The notes: a model not told the origin generated them from the sequence alone. A DNA stretch of 64,000 bases from an uncultured Bacilli bacterium (GCA_947629315.1 CANRDB010000001.1:4829-68828); one strand, 5' to 3'; shown: positions 49,545 to 61,041, numbered from the stretch's first letter. Translations and numbers: made by a program.

Positions 49545-50019
49545 GTTACTCGTTATTTCCAATTTGGATTCTTGGCATGCAGAAGCTTTTTACCCTCAAA
49601 ATAATCTTAGAAATCATAAAGAGTATTGGGAATTATACATGAAAAGACATCCCAATTTATGTCTTGATTATAATCAATCAAAAACGGAAACAGCCCTTAT
49701 GGTCGCTTCGACACAAAAATTAGTATGGATGGACATTTCTAGTAATCCACAACAGGAAACGCACAAGAGTGGTATCCTTTTTTTACCAAAGAATCCATCC
49801 GATTCTCTATTATCTACTCTTTTTCTTTTAAAAGACTGTTTACAGGAACTCGCATTTCTAGAACTCGTCTATAATATTATAGAGAAAGATGGAACATATC
49901 GGTATCAATCAATGATTGGCATATCCCAAAAAGGAAAAAAATCAACCGATGTGATTGACCTATTCTATGAAAAATACTATTCAAAGGAATCTCATCCTAT
50001 CAAACAAAAAATAAGTTAA
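49528..50019 (+). CDS. Hypothetical protein
   Basis: ORF only; overlaps the upstream ORF's end. Confidence 0.3.
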   Translation: MRKLPKLLVISNLDSWHAEAFYPQNNLRNHKEYWELYMKRHPNLCLDYNQSKTETALMVASTQKLVWMDISSNPQQETHKSGILFLPKNPSDSLLSTLFLLKDCLQELAFLELVYNIIEKDGTYRYQSMIGISQKGKKSTDVIDLFYEKYYSKESHPIKQKIS

Positions 50020-50039
50020 CGCATCCCTAATATGCGTTT

Positions 50040-50513
50040 TTATTTTTCCAAAAGGATATGGTTCAGTAAATGTTTTACTTCTTCTAAAATCATTTGCTTT
50101 CCCTCTCGTCTCGTTTGATTGGTAATGGTCAATTGTTGCTCATAATAAATTTGATGTTCTCGGTCATAAAGACTAATATACACCTTATAAGATTCATCCT
50201 CCTCATGACTCGGTTTCGAACCGTTCAATTGTCCTGTAATACCAATTCCATAGTCTGCATCGGCATACTGACTAATCTGTAAACTCATTTCTCTAGCCAC
50301 TTCCATACTGTACACAGTATAGGTAGATATCGTTTCTGGTAAAACACCCATCTTTATTTTGTACTCATTGGAATAGGTAACCGCACTAAAACGAAGAACA
50401 TTACTAGCGCCCTCAATATTAGTAATCTCATTAGTAATGAATCCACCCGTACAAGACTCCATCGCAGCGATGGTTTTATTTTGTTTTCTTAATTCATCTA
50501 CTATTTCTTTCAT
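50040..50513 (-). CDS. CinA C-terminal domain protein (PncC-like nicotinamide-nucleotide amidohydrolase)
   Basis: 157 aa with MESCTGGFITNEITNIEGAS, typical of the CinA C-terminal domain. Confidence 0.6.
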   Translation of the reverse strand: MKEIVDELRKQNKTIAAMESCTGGFITNEITNIEGASNVLRFSAVTYSNEYKIKMGVLPETISTYTVYSMEVAREMSLQISQYADADYGIGITGQLNGSKPSHEEDESYKVYISLYDREHQIYYEQQLTITNQTRREGKQMILEEVKHLLNHILLEK

Positions 50514-50543
50514 GTCTTCCTCCTCAAGTTATGATAAACAATT

Positions 50544-51623
50544 TTAAGAATCTAATTTCTTTTGAATTTTCTCAAAAATTTCTTGCTTTCCATTTTGAAT
50601 GGTATGAATGGAAATCCCTCTATGTAAGGTATCAATAATTTTAGCGATAAATTTAGAACAATCTACCTCATAAAACCAATCTAACTTTTTAATCGTATCC
50701 GGAACATACGATAAATTCGTAGAATATAATTTTTCGAATAGATGATTTTGATAAGCCTCTTGAAATATCTCAATTCCCTCAGTAAAGAGCGCAAAAGTAG
50801 AAATTAAATAAACCTTATGAGCTCCTCTTTTCTTCAGTTCCTCTGCTACTTCTATCATAGAACTACCAGAAGCAATCATATCATCTACTACTAAAATAGT
50901 TTTATCTTGCACATCGGCTCCCATATAGATGTGATCAATAATTGGATTTTTTCCATTGACCACTTTACTTAAATCCCGGCGCTTATAGAATACTCCTACA
51001 TCACATCCTAGTAATTCTGCATAATACCGAGAACGTTCCATAGCTCCCATATCTGGACTAACTACTAATAAATTTTCTAAATCTTCTTGCTCAATTAAGG
51101 TCTCCAGAATGGTATGCGTAGGATAAAAATTCTCAAAGGGTAAATTCGGGATAGCATTGGCAACATTCGGATCATGAGCATCAAAAGTCACAATACTATC
51201 GACTCCTAACGTCTCTAATTCTTGAAGTGCCACCGCACAATCTAGTGACTCTCTTCCCTTTCGTTTATGTTGTCTAGATTGGTATAATAATGGCATAATC
51301 AAGGTAATATGTTCACTACGACCACTCGTAGCTGAAATGACTCGTTTCACATCTTGAAAATGTTCATCTGGTGACATACAATGTTGTTCTCCGTGCAAAG
51401 GATAAGAAATGTGATAATTCCCAACATCACATAAAATAAATAAATCTTGATGACGAACTGTTTCTTCAATGCGAACTTTTCCTTCGCCATTTGAAAAACG
51501 AATATCTGATATTTGCGTTAAATAAGATTCTTTCTGTTTCGTCATTCGTCGCAATTCTTGATCAACTTTCGCGCCTACTTCCTTAAAGTTATCTAATACA
51601 ATTAGTTTTACCGTTTTCCCCAT
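50544..51623 (-). CDS. Divergent ribose-phosphate pyrophosphokinase family protein
   Basis: Prs-like features: IRFSNGEGKVRIEE, VTFDAHDP, and a VVDDMIASGSS PRPP-binding-loop analogue. Confidence 0.55.
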   Translation of the reverse strand: MGKTVKLIVLDNFKEVGAKVDQELRRMTKQKESYLTQISDIRFSNGEGKVRIEETVRHQDLFILCDVGNYHISYPLHGEQHCMSPDEHFQDVKRVISATSGRSEHITLIMPLLYQSRQHKRKGRESLDCAVALQELETLGVDSIVTFDAHDPNVANAIPNLPFENFYPTHTILETLIEQEDLENLLVVSPDMGAMERSRYYAELLGCDVGVFYKRRDLSKVVNGKNPIIDHIYMGADVQDKTILVVDDMIASGSSMIEVAEELKKRGAHKVYLISTFALFTEGIEIFQEAYQNHLFEKLYSTNLSYVPDTIKKLDWFYEVDCSKFIAKIIDTLHRGISIHTIQNGKQEIFEKIQKKLDS

Positions 51624-51713
51624 AAATTCCTCCTACAAAAACCGAACTATCTTCTTATGAGCATTATATTAAAAAGAGGAAAAGAAGTCAATGCCATAAA
51701 AAAAGAAATATAC

Positions 51714-52862
51714 CTACTTATATTTCTTTTGATAACCTGCTTCTGGAAGAACAATCGCTTGATCATATCCCTGTTTCTTTAATTTAGAAGAAAGGTAAGC
51801 TTTCTCTAATGTATACTTTGTATTATCCTCAAATGTTCCAGCTTCTTCTGAAAAAATAGAAGCTAAGACATAGTAATGATAACGAACCGCTTGTGCATCA
51901 TTTTGCATGCCTTGTAAAACATAAGTGGAAAGTGTAGAAAAGCAAAATAGAATATCCTCTTTTGGGATTTCGGTTTTATGCTCCACTATATCTCCAAAGA
52001 TAGTAAGTGTTCTTTCCGCATCTTCTTTCTTGCCATAAACTTTTTCCAAAGCCTCATACAACAGTTCCGGGTCATCGGTCGTATATGCCTTTAATACTGT
52101 ATCAGAACCCACTAAATCACATAATAGTTTCACCATCGTTACTTGATAAGGATAAACCTCCGTTAAGACAAATGGCTGATCGGAAGTATATTCTAGAACA
52201 ATCAACTGATCCATTCCCTCCAAAAACCAATCTGGAATTTTCTCATTATCTTGAATACTGTGCCCATCTTCATGTAACATCGTATCTTCATCATAACGAA
52301 TTTGAAAATAAACAATATCATGGTACTCTGGTAGATAAACAGCCAAAGTATTCTCTCCTACTGGTAAATTTCCTCGGAGCGCAAAACGAGTATTGACATT
52401 CAATAGTCGCTCATACACCTTTTCTTTATCCAAATAGGGATTATCTTGAAAATAATCCGCAAACCGATAAAAAGTATCTTTTTCCCGATTCGTTAAATAA
52501 GGATTTTCTCGAATCGCATTTAACAATAAATAATCATCCTCATTTTGTTCAATAGTAATATTTAATTCTTGTTCTAACTCTTTTAAAATATCCTCTTCGG
52601 CTTCTTCCTCTATAATTATTTCATTTCCACAAAATACATTTTCTGTTAACCAAGGTCTTTCCTGTGGATGATAATAAAAGGCATGCGAAAAAGTAGCCAC
52701 CGCTCCTACTATCATCGTATTCACACAGACGAGTGTTAATAATTTGTTGGCTAAATCCTTTTTATCGATATAAAATTTTAAATGACGAATAGAACCCTTT
52801 TTCATAAAATCACTAGGGCGTATTATACCAAGTTCTTCTCTTTCTGTCAAACAAAAAGACAC
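51714..52862 (-). CDS. Hypothetical signal-anchored protein
   Basis: ORF with a TM segment near the N-terminus. Confidence 0.3.
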   Translation of the reverse strand: MSFCLTEREELGIIRPSDFMKKGSIRHLKFYIDKKDLANKLLTLVCVNTMIVGAVATFSHAFYYHPQERPWLTENVFCGNEIIIEEEAEEDILKELEQELNITIEQNEDDYLLLNAIRENPYLTNREKDTFYRFADYFQDNPYLDKEKVYERLLNVNTRFALRGNLPVGENTLAVYLPEYHDIVYFQIRYDEDTMLHEDGHSIQDNEKIPDWFLEGMDQLIVLEYTSDQPFVLTEVYPYQVTMVKLLCDLVGSDTVLKAYTTDDPELLYEALEKVYGKKEDAERTLTIFGDIVEHKTEIPKEDILFCFSTLSTYVLQGMQNDAQAVRYHYYVLASIFSEEAGTFEDNTKYTLEKAYLSSKLKKQGYDQAIVLPEAGYQKKYK

Positions 52863-52870
52863 CGTAGTGT

Positions 52871-55408
52871 CTATTCTGTTCTCAAAGCCTCTACTGGATC
52901 TTTTCGAGATGCCATACGTGCTGGGAATAATCCGGCAATAAGCGTTAATACAATACTAATGATAACGAGGATAATCGCACCAACAACAGGAAGTTGAGAG
53001 ATATTAGAAATATCCGTCACATTCTTAATAATCATGTTAATTGGAATATTCAAAAGAACGGTTGTCGCTATACCAAAGATACCAGCAGTAAATCCCTCAA
53101 TAATTGTCTCTGCTCTAAAGACACGAGAAATATCTTTTTTACTAGCTCCAATTGCTCTTAAAATACCGATTTCTTTGGTTCTCTCTAATACAGAAATATA
53201 CGTAATAATACCAATCATTATACTAGATACCACGAGGGAAATAGATACAAAAGCAATTAAAACATAACTGATAATGTCAATAATAGTAGTAACACCAGAC
53301 ATCATTACCCCTACGATATCCGTATAATTAATGACATCCTCTTCTCCTACACTATCATTATAGTCTTCAATTAATGACATCAATTCTTCTTTTGCATCAA
53401 AATCCTTTGGATATAGCAAAATAGAACTTGGGCTATCTAAATCAACAATTCCTAAAGCTTTCAAATTATCTTCATAAGTAGCTCCATAAGTCTCCATATA
53501 ATTCGCAATGACTTGCGCTAACTCCTCTTGAGATAGGGATGCTAAATAGGCTTGTTGCTCAGGTGTTAAAGCTGTCATATCAAAATTTTTATTGTCTGTA
53601 TTAAACTCTAATCCGGTAAACACATTAATGTCTGGATTGTCTAGTTGTTCTTTCACTATCTCTTTCTTTTTGATTTCTTTTACCACATACTCCGTAAGTT
53701 CTTTCGTATAGCCAATCTCTCCATGACTAGCAGTCAAAATAGCTTCTTCATTTGGTCGGATAATACCGACAATTGTTAAATCCTCTGATTCCTCTAATAC
53801 TTTTTTCATGTATTCATAGTCATCTTTTTTATTAACCCAAATACCAGATTGTTTTTCGTAATAATCAGGATTCAAAACCAATTTAAAAGTTAATCCAACA
53901 AGTTCATCAAACTCATAAGAAGTTGGTTCAAATTCAAATTTCTCACCAGCTGCTACCTTTTTAAAGAGATCTTCTACCTCTTTTTGATCTTTTAATCCTA
54001 ATGTATAAAGAGTATAGTCACTAATGTTATTCTCTTCATCCACCATCAATACCACTTCGTTATATTTCTCTGGCCATCTTCCATAAACTACATCGTATTG
54101 ACCTTTTAATAATTCCCCATTATCCATGAGTTCACGCCAAACATTATATTGATCCATAGAATAAGACATAGCCGTACTTCCAAAACCAATCTTATCCATA
54201 ATAGGACTCGGATTAACTTGAATAATCTCTTCTGATGTATCAGGATTAAAAAGTTGTAAATCTAGATTGTAAGAATACTGAATCGCATTCGTATAAGAAT
54301 CAAAAGTATCTTGATGGTCTTCTATATGTTTCTTAAATTTCTCTAAGTTATTCTGTGTAATTTGTGAAGTAAAAGAACTAACGACATTTCCTAAAATATC
54401 ATGAGAATAAATCTTATCTAAATCATGTTCTTCCACCCTAGCACCGCTAGACATTAAATCCATCATCGATGTCATATCTACGGTTGCTTCATCCAATTGG
54501 ATAGGATAAGAAGATAACGTATCTTCCTCTACTCTACTAATATATTGTCTTACTCCACTCGATAAAGAAAGTATGAGGGCAATTCCTATGATACCGATAG
54601 AACCAGCAAACGCTGTTAAAATGGTTCTCCCCTTTTTCGTCATCAAGTTATTAAGACTAAGAGTGAGCGCTGTTAAGAAAGACATATAAGTTTTCTTACT
54701 AGTCTTACTTTTTTTCTTTTCCTTTTCCCCTTCATAAGGATTAGAATCATCCACAATACTTCCATCTAATAATTTCACAATACGGGTAGAATAACGATCC
54801 GCTAAATCAGGATTATGGGTAACCATTACGACTAATTTGTCTTTAGCAATTTCTTTCAACAATTCCATAATCTGAATACTAGTTTCAGAATCCAATGCTC
54901 CTGTTGGTTCATCGGCAAGAAGAATATCTGGATCATTAACTAAAGCTCGCGCAATAGCCACTCTCTGCATCTGCCCACCAGACATTTGATTTGGTTTTTT
55001 ATTAACTTGATCTTCCAAGCCAACCTTTTTCAAAACCGCTAAAGCTCTTTTCCGACGTTCTTGTTTTGGTACACCAGAAAGTGTAAGCGCTAATTCTACA
55101 TTAGATAGTACTGTTTGATGAGGGATTAAGTTATAGTTTTGGAACACAAATCCAACAGAGTGATTTCGATAGGTATCCCAATCTCTGTCTTTAAACTCTT
55201 TGGTAGACTTACCATTAATAATTAAATCTCCACTCGTATAACGGTCCAATCCACCCACTATATTTAGGAGGGTTGTTTTTCCACAACCAGATTGCCCTAA
55301 AATCGATACAAACTCACTTTCCCGAAAGGAAATATCGATTCCTTTTAATGCTTCTACCTTCGTATCACCTGTGACATACGTCTTTGTTATATTTTTCAAT
55401 TTTAACAT
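52871..55408 (-). CDS. MacB-type ABC transporter, fused ATPase and FtsX-like permease
   Basis: GQSGCGKTT Walker A, LSGGQMQRVAIARAL signature, a large extracytoplasmic domain and C-terminal FtsX helices. Confidence 0.8.
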   Translation of the reverse strand: MLKLKNITKTYVTGDTKVEALKGIDISFRESEFVSILGQSGCGKTTLLNIVGGLDRYTSGDLIINGKSTKEFKDRDWDTYRNHSVGFVFQNYNLIPHQTVLSNVELALTLSGVPKQERRKRALAVLKKVGLEDQVNKKPNQMSGGQMQRVAIARALVNDPDILLADEPTGALDSETSIQIMELLKEIAKDKLVVMVTHNPDLADRYSTRIVKLLDGSIVDDSNPYEGEKEKKKSKTSKKTYMSFLTALTLSLNNLMTKKGRTILTAFAGSIGIIGIALILSLSSGVRQYISRVEEDTLSSYPIQLDEATVDMTSMMDLMSSGARVEEHDLDKIYSHDILGNVVSSFTSQITQNNLEKFKKHIEDHQDTFDSYTNAIQYSYNLDLQLFNPDTSEEIIQVNPSPIMDKIGFGSTAMSYSMDQYNVWRELMDNGELLKGQYDVVYGRWPEKYNEVVLMVDEENNISDYTLYTLGLKDQKEVEDLFKKVAAGEKFEFEPTSYEFDELVGLTFKLVLNPDYYEKQSGIWVNKKDDYEYMKKVLEESEDLTIVGIIRPNEEAILTASHGEIGYTKELTEYVVKEIKKKEIVKEQLDNPDINVFTGLEFNTDNKNFDMTALTPEQQAYLASLSQEELAQVIANYMETYGATYEDNLKALGIVDLDSPSSILLYPKDFDAKEELMSLIEDYNDSVGEEDVINYTDIVGVMMSGVTTIIDIISYVLIAFVSISLVVSSIMIGIITYISVLERTKEIGILRAIGASKKDISRVFRAETIIEGFTAGIFGIATTVLLNIPINMIIKNVTDISNISQLPVVGAIILVIISIVLTLIAGLFPARMASRKDPVEALRTE

Positions 55409-55424
55409 AGATTTCGCATCCTTT

Positions 55425-55913
55425 CTAAATATATTTTCGTAACAAGCACTGCCATGCCTGTCTTAAGATTCTTTGTTCTTCCTCCGTAAAATTACTTTGA
55501 AAGCACTTTTCTTTTCTTTGTAACAAATTCTCTACTTGCATTGCTTTTGAGATACCTAAATCTGTTAAGTAGACCTTGTAATTTCTCTTCGTGCTACTCT
55601 CCCTATCACGATAAATATAGCCTTTTTTTTCCAGTTTATTCATCACTTTTGTCGTCATTGATTTATCGGTCATGGATAAATTGGTAACTTCCGTCATGGA
55701 AAGTCCCTTTGGATGACAATGAAGCAATACTAGACCAATCATCTCACTTGCATCTACTTGATAAGTTTTTAAATCTCTCATAATTTGTTGATTCATGATT
55801 TTAAATAAATAACGTGCATGAATTAAAAATTTTTCGCTTTCTAACAAGTCTTCCTCATTCATAATCATTACCCAACCTTGCATCAGTATAGCATGTTTAA
55901 GTTTAACTGTCAA
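55425..55913 (-). CDS. MarR family transcriptional regulator
   Basis: Winged-HTH pattern (MTEVTNLSMTDKSMTTKVMNKLEKKGYIYRDR). Confidence 0.6.
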   Translation of the reverse strand: MTVKLKHAILMQGWVMIMNEEDLLESEKFLIHARYLFKIMNQQIMRDLKTYQVDASEMIGLVLLHCHPKGLSMTEVTNLSMTDKSMTTKVMNKLEKKGYIYRDRESSTKRNYKVYLTDLGISKAMQVENLLQRKEKCFQSNFTEEEQRILRQAWQCLLRKYI

Positions 55914-55944
55914 CTTAAATTTTATTAAAAATCATTAAAAAAAC

Positions 55945-56946
55945 TCATGAAAGAGTCTTTTCTAATTGATTTAAAAATTGTACCCCATTTGTCGTCCACT
56001 GACCATCCCGATAATAGTGCGCTAAATTGCCATAACGGACGATAGCTTGTAGAGGATAATCCGTCTTTTGATCTAATTCTTCAATAATTTCATGAGCTTT
56101 CTCAATCGGTGTTGCTAACGTCAAAGTAACATCTAAAACAAATCGCTTATCTTCATTAAAATTAGATAAATTGATTTCCGTCGGCAATGGAATTACTAAT
56201 TTTTTAGAAACAATATTCGTTCGGTCTAATTTCAGTAATCCATCTGACTTTTCATAAATGTAAAATTCAAATAATGTCTTTTTATTCGGAATTTTCTCTT
56301 CAAAATAGTCTTGAATATAGGAATACAATACCTCAAAAGACTGAGATTTCAAGTTAGAATTCAACTGATCTCTATCATCAAAGGAAACTAATCGTTTTTG
56401 TCCATACGAATCCGTATACTGAACAACGTATACATAATGGGTTTTCGCTGGCATACATTTTATTTTATCCTTAAAAGCAATATTTTTAGGTAATTGTTGA
56501 TTCAACTCTATATCTAAATCTAAATCTCCCCCATACTGCTCTTCTAATTTATTCACAAACTGTTCCTGTGTCTTCTTCACAAACTCACATTCAGTTGGCT
56601 GGATTACATAAATATCTTTAAAATGGTAATCATCGAAGACACGTTCCAAATATACCTTATCCCCAAAATAAGACCAAAAAGGTGACAATAAAAAGGCAAA
56701 AGATAAGATAAGGGAAAAAACTTTCGCTGTTCCATTATCATTACGAAAAGCTAAAAACATGATAAATAGTCCGAAAATAAACCCAAGCAATCCCAAATAA
56801 GTATTCGTCCCCACTAAAAACTGGGCACTTAAAATCCAGATATCAATAATCGGCCCATAAAATGGGATGAGAAAAATAGCCATAAACACTAATAAAATAA
56901 AGAATATAGCATCTCCCATATCAATTTTTCTTTTTGGTTTTCCCAC
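55945..56946 (-). CDS. Hypothetical membrane protein
   Basis: ORF with N-terminal TM helices. Confidence 0.35.
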   Translation of the reverse strand: MGKPKRKIDMGDAIFFILLVFMAIFLIPFYGPIIDIWILSAQFLVGTNTYLGLLGFIFGLFIMFLAFRNDNGTAKVFSLILSFAFLLSPFWSYFGDKVYLERVFDDYHFKDIYVIQPTECEFVKKTQEQFVNKLEEQYGGDLDLDIELNQQLPKNIAFKDKIKCMPAKTHYVYVVQYTDSYGQKRLVSFDDRDQLNSNLKSQSFEVLYSYIQDYFEEKIPNKKTLFEFYIYEKSDGLLKLDRTNIVSKKLVIPLPTEINLSNFNEDKRFVLDVTLTLATPIEKAHEIIEELDQKTDYPLQAIVRYGNLAHYYRDGQWTTNGVQFLNQLEKTLS

Positions 56947-57111
56947 GGTACTCCCTACTCTCTATAAGTTAGTATACCATAAAAATTTTAGAAAATCGAA
57001 TGAAATATCTCTTTTCTCCCCTCATTTGTCATTTTCTTTCATATAAAACACTATCAAGATTTTTGAATAACCATCCATAACCTATGTCATATAGTATATT
57101 AGGAGGATTTT

Positions 57112-58032
57112 ATGATGTACGACTATCAATTTGGAAACAAAGTCTATCAATACGGCCAAGATTTAGGAATGGAATATACAACCTACCAAATTATGGCACC
57201 TGAGCAAGAACAAGAAACACAGCCTGGTTTAGAATATAAAATGGTTCCTAGACCTATTTTCGATAATCCCAATTATCGTGGCAGCGGAAAATTAAAAGAC
57301 AAGGTTGCGATTATTACTGGTGGAGATAGTGGTCTTGGTAGAGCAGCTGCTATCGCCTTTGTCAAAGAAGGCGCAAAAGTAGTAATTCCCTATTACAATG
57401 AACATGTGGATGCGAATGAAACCAAAGATTATATTGAATCCCTAGGAGGAGAATGTCTCTTACTGTCCGGGGATATTTCCGATAACCATTTTTGCACAAA
57501 AATTGTGGAAGAAACCTTACAAAGATTTGGAAAAATAAACATTCTAGTCAACAATGCCGGTGTTCAATATCAACAAGATAGCTTAGAACATATCTGTGAT
57601 GAACAATTCGATAGAACGATGAAAGTAAATGTATATGGAATGTTTTATCTAACAAAAAAAGTTTTACCCCATTTACATTCAGGAGACTCCATCATTAACC
57701 TATCATCCGTCACAGCCTTTTTTGGAGAACCACAATTAATTGACTATGTTACAACGAAAGGTGCTATTATTGGATTTACAAGAGCCCTTGCCCGCAATCT
57801 TGCACTTAAAAATATTCGGGTAAATGCTATTGCCCCTGGATTTTTTTGGACACCTCTTCAACCTGCCTGTTGGGTCAAAGAAAAAATACCATCATTAGGA
57901 GCAGATGCCGCGATGGCAAGAGGAGCAATGCCTTATGAATTAGCCCCTACTTTTGTGTTTCTAGCGAGTGATGATTCTAGTTATATGACTGGTCAAGTCA
58001 TCCATAATAACGGCGGTCAAGTCATGGGATAA
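57112..58032 (+). CDS. SDR family oxidoreductase (general-stress-protein-39-like)
   Basis: TGGDSGLGRAAA cofactor-binding motif and a YxxxK catalytic motif. Confidence 0.75.
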   Translation: MMYDYQFGNKVYQYGQDLGMEYTTYQIMAPEQEQETQPGLEYKMVPRPIFDNPNYRGSGKLKDKVAIITGGDSGLGRAAAIAFVKEGAKVVIPYYNEHVDANETKDYIESLGGECLLLSGDISDNHFCTKIVEETLQRFGKINILVNNAGVQYQQDSLEHICDEQFDRTMKVNVYGMFYLTKKVLPHLHSGDSIINLSSVTAFFGEPQLIDYVTTKGAIIGFTRALARNLALKNIRVNAIAPGFFWTPLQPACWVKEKIPSLGADAAMARGAMPYELAPTFVFLASDDSSYMTGQVIHNNGGQVMG

Positions 58033-58101
58033 AGCAAAGGAAAAAGACAAGTAAATTTGAATAAACTTGTCTTTTTTGTTACCATCTTCCCTTATCACAA
58101 C

Positions 58102-59178
58102 TTATTTTAATGACAAATCTCTTTTACAATACACATATTTACTAAGCCAATACTCATCATTATGTTCATTATATTCTCCAACTGGAAGTTCACTTGCTAA
58201 ATCATTTGCTAATTCTAATATTTCCTCTTTTAATTCCACATGATTTTTATATTCTACAGGTATTTGTTCATATCCTAAATATGCTCCCATGATATTGCCC
58301 GTTACCGCTCCTGTCGAATCAGAATCACCATCATGATTAATAGAACAGATAATAGCATCTTTGAAACTGTTAGAATATTTTAAACAAGAATAAATAGCGA
58401 TAGCAAAAGTTTCTTCAGCTACCCAACCTTCACCAAGTTCACGAATGGCCTCTATATCATTTTTATGTTCTTCAGATAGTTTTATCGCTTGATTCACTAA
58501 TTCTATGAAATAATGCTTATATTCTTCATCAAAAATATCGAAGTTTTCTTCATATTGTTTCATGGATTTATCTAATGCTTCTTTGATAGTCAAATCTGTC
58601 CTTGATAAATACCATATTAAAGTTGAAAATACATAGGCTGGAATAATTCCAAGAGGATGTCCGTGAGTAATGGCACTTGCTTCAGCCCCAAATTGTCCTG
58701 CTATTTTAGAATCGTTCATAAATAGACCAATAGGAGCAACTCTCATAATCCCACCGCATCCTTTACTATGATTAATAGGCTGTTCAATCGTTCCTTTCGT
58801 TCCTGAAGATAATGCACTGATACAAGTGTTCCCTGGTGCTCGTGGAATATTTAATTCTTTTAATTCTTTAATCCAGGAAATAGAGGAATGATGATTGGTA
58901 TGATTTTGCGTATCTAACCAATCTAAATAGGAATGATAGATAGCATCAACAGGTAACATTGCGATTCCCCTCATAGCAATTCTTGTTTTTCTAAATAATA
59001 AAGCATTTGCTGTAAATAAAGTCATTTGGGTATCATCTGATATAATACCTATTCCACCTTGAAAGGTAGTTATTTCTTTCTCTTTGACCCCTTGCTTAAA
59101 CTCTATTTGATATCCAAGAGCATCGCCAATTGCCCCACCGATTAATGAACCACAAATTTTATCTCTCCTATTGTCCAT
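58102..59178 (-). CDS. ADP-ribosylglycohydrolase family protein
   Basis: GSLIGGAIGDALG N-terminal motif and DSDSTGAV. Confidence 0.65.
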   Translation of the reverse strand: MDNRRDKICGSLIGGAIGDALGYQIEFKQGVKEKEITTFQGGIGIISDDTQMTLFTANALLFRKTRIAMRGIAMLPVDAIYHSYLDWLDTQNHTNHHSSISWIKELKELNIPRAPGNTCISALSSGTKGTIEQPINHSKGCGGIMRVAPIGLFMNDSKIAGQFGAEASAITHGHPLGIIPAYVFSTLIWYLSRTDLTIKEALDKSMKQYEENFDIFDEEYKHYFIELVNQAIKLSEEHKNDIEAIRELGEGWVAEETFAIAIYSCLKYSNSFKDAIICSINHDGDSDSTGAVTGNIMGAYLGYEQIPVEYKNHVELKEEILELANDLASELPVGEYNEHNDEYWLSKYVYCKRDLSLK

Positions 59179-59361
59179 ATCTTTAACCTTCTTTTCTCAC
59201 TTGAACTAATTATGTTAATTTTATTCCATATATAAAGAAATAGCACTCAATCTAGCATAGATTAAGTGCTTACCACTTAAGGGCAAGTACTCAACTCGGC
59301 AAAGTTAAGTCTTCCCTTTTTATTTTATGCAAAGCATCCTTGACGTATTCATCATAACATA

Positions 59362-59388
59362 AAAACGACTTTTTGACAAGTCGTTTAT
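59362..59388 (-). terminator. Terminator downstream of tRNA-Arg(CCT)
   Basis: Inverted repeat AAACGACTT…AAGTCGTTT followed by a T-rich run on the minus strand. Confidence 0.45.
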
Positions 59389-59424
59389 ATTGTTACTCGA
59401 AAAAATCGAGTTTGGTATCTATCT

Positions 59425-59499
59425 GGTGTCCCCAGTGGGATTCGAACCTACCTTTCACCCTTAGGAGGGGCGCGCACTATCCTAATATGCTATGAGGAC
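59425..59499 (-). tRNA. tRNA-Arg (anticodon CCT)
   Basis: Folded by hand on the minus strand. Acceptor GTCCTCA/TGGGGAC, anticodon stem CGCCC/GGGTG with loop CTCCTAA, GGTTCGAATCC T-arm, and an encoded CCA. Confidence 0.75.
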
Positions 59500-59514
59500 A
59501 AAACAATCATACGA

Positions 59515-60135
59515 TTATCGTTTTTTTATTTTTTGCCTAGAAGAATGAGATATGCCCAATTGTCGAATAGGAACACCCTCTCCTATTCTCCTTGCAATAT
59601 CATAATAATCATATTCACTCACAAAGGGATATTCGTAGGCTGTTTTAAGATGTTCGTCTAAATCATCCATTTCAGAAATCGTTGTTGGGAAAAAATGTTC
59701 ACTACCTAGTTCCGAAATAAGTGGTCGTTTTAGGACATATCTACGACCATTCGTGAGATTATCAAAAAAGGCTTGATAACAAATATAATAACTTCCTTTA
59801 GAAATGATGGCTCCTGAAACATCACAAATAAATGATTTGGTAGCCACTCTTTCTGCAAACTGAGGATACAAAACCACTTCTTGCTCTGGAAACAAAGATG
59901 TACTAGTATGAAGAAGAACGGATTGAGTGAGAATTTTATCTAGCTCTACCAAAGAACATTGATGATGTTCTAAAAGGATGTGCCGTTGAAGTCGATTCGT
60001 TCCCCAACTTTGCATTTCTTGCTGACGCAAATAGAGAATTTGAGATTGAAGATCATCATCCCCCTCTTGCTCAATTTCCATAAGTGTATACCATTCATAA
60101 TCTTCTACCTTAAGCATCCATACCACCAATACCAT
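59515..60135 (-). CDS. Hypothetical protein
   Basis: ORF only. Confidence 0.3.
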   Translation of the reverse strand: MVLVVWMLKVEDYEWYTLMEIEQEGDDDLQSQILYLRQQEMQSWGTNRLQRHILLEHHQCSLVELDKILTQSVLLHTSTSLFPEQEVVLYPQFAERVATKSFICDVSGAIISKGSYYICYQAFFDNLTNGRRYVLKRPLISELGSEHFFPTTISEMDDLDEHLKTAYEYPFVSEYDYYDIARRIGEGVPIRQLGISHSSRQKIKKR

Positions 60136-60177
60136 TATAATGTTTTTTTCTTTGGCTTGTCAAGAAAAGAATAGGAA

Positions 60178-60735
60178 TTATCCTATTCTTAAAAAATGCA
60201 ACAACAAGATGATATATAGATTGGCCATCCGGTGAAAACTATGTTCAAACTTATGTCCAAATTCCACCGTACTAATTCCCTTATCTACTAAATTTACAAT
60301 CCAACTTTCTGCATATTTTGGAATTTTAACATCTAGTGGAAACATGTGTGTACGAATAATATCTTCTTCTTTTTCACTAAGTTCAAAATACTTCTTCGCA
60401 TTCTTCACAGCTGCTTGTGGATGTTTCATAGTATATAGTAATACTTTTTCCCGGAATGTTTCCTGATTATAGACACTATCTAAATAGAAATCATGTAGTA
60501 ATCCAGCTCTCGCTACTTGTTCATAATCTAGTCTTAAATATTTTGCTATTCTATAAGAATAGTAAGATACTTTTAATAAATGATTCAAGCGATTACTATC
60601 ATGATGTTTAATCTGACGCATTTCTTTACTAAATTCATTTTTGGATAAGATAGAAGAAACGATTGTATGGTATTCTTCATCTTGAATAATTCTATCCATT
60701 GATATCCTCCCTAAACCTACACCATTATAGCACAA
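60178..60735 (-). CDS. HD-domain phosphohydrolase
   Basis: GLLHDFY HD motif. Confidence 0.5.
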   Translation of the reverse strand: MCYNGVGLGRISMDRIIQDEEYHTIVSSILSKNEFSKEMRQIKHHDSNRLNHLLKVSYYSYRIAKYLRLDYEQVARAGLLHDFYLDSVYNQETFREKVLLYTMKHPQAAVKNAKKYFELSEKEEDIIRTHMFPLDVKIPKYAESWIVNLVDKGISTVEFGHKFEHSFHRMANLYIILLLHFLRIG

Positions 60736-61041
60736 TTTTATAAAATAGCAAATTTTCTATCCATGATTCTTACTAAGCATCACATCATATTATATTTTAT
60801 TAAAACTACCACATTTCATGTAATGGAATAGTAATGATGAAATATTATTTTTAAATTTTTCCTACCTAGTATATTAACCTATTCTTATTATAGCATACCT
60901 TTTTCATTTGTAAATTGATTGTGTTCTTTTTTGGCACAAGTTTACAGTTTTTCTCACCCCAATTACTGTCAGGAGAGGATTTTCCTTACAAAAAAAGATG
61001 AGCATTTTTCATAAAGTAAGTCCGTTCATCTTTTTATCTAT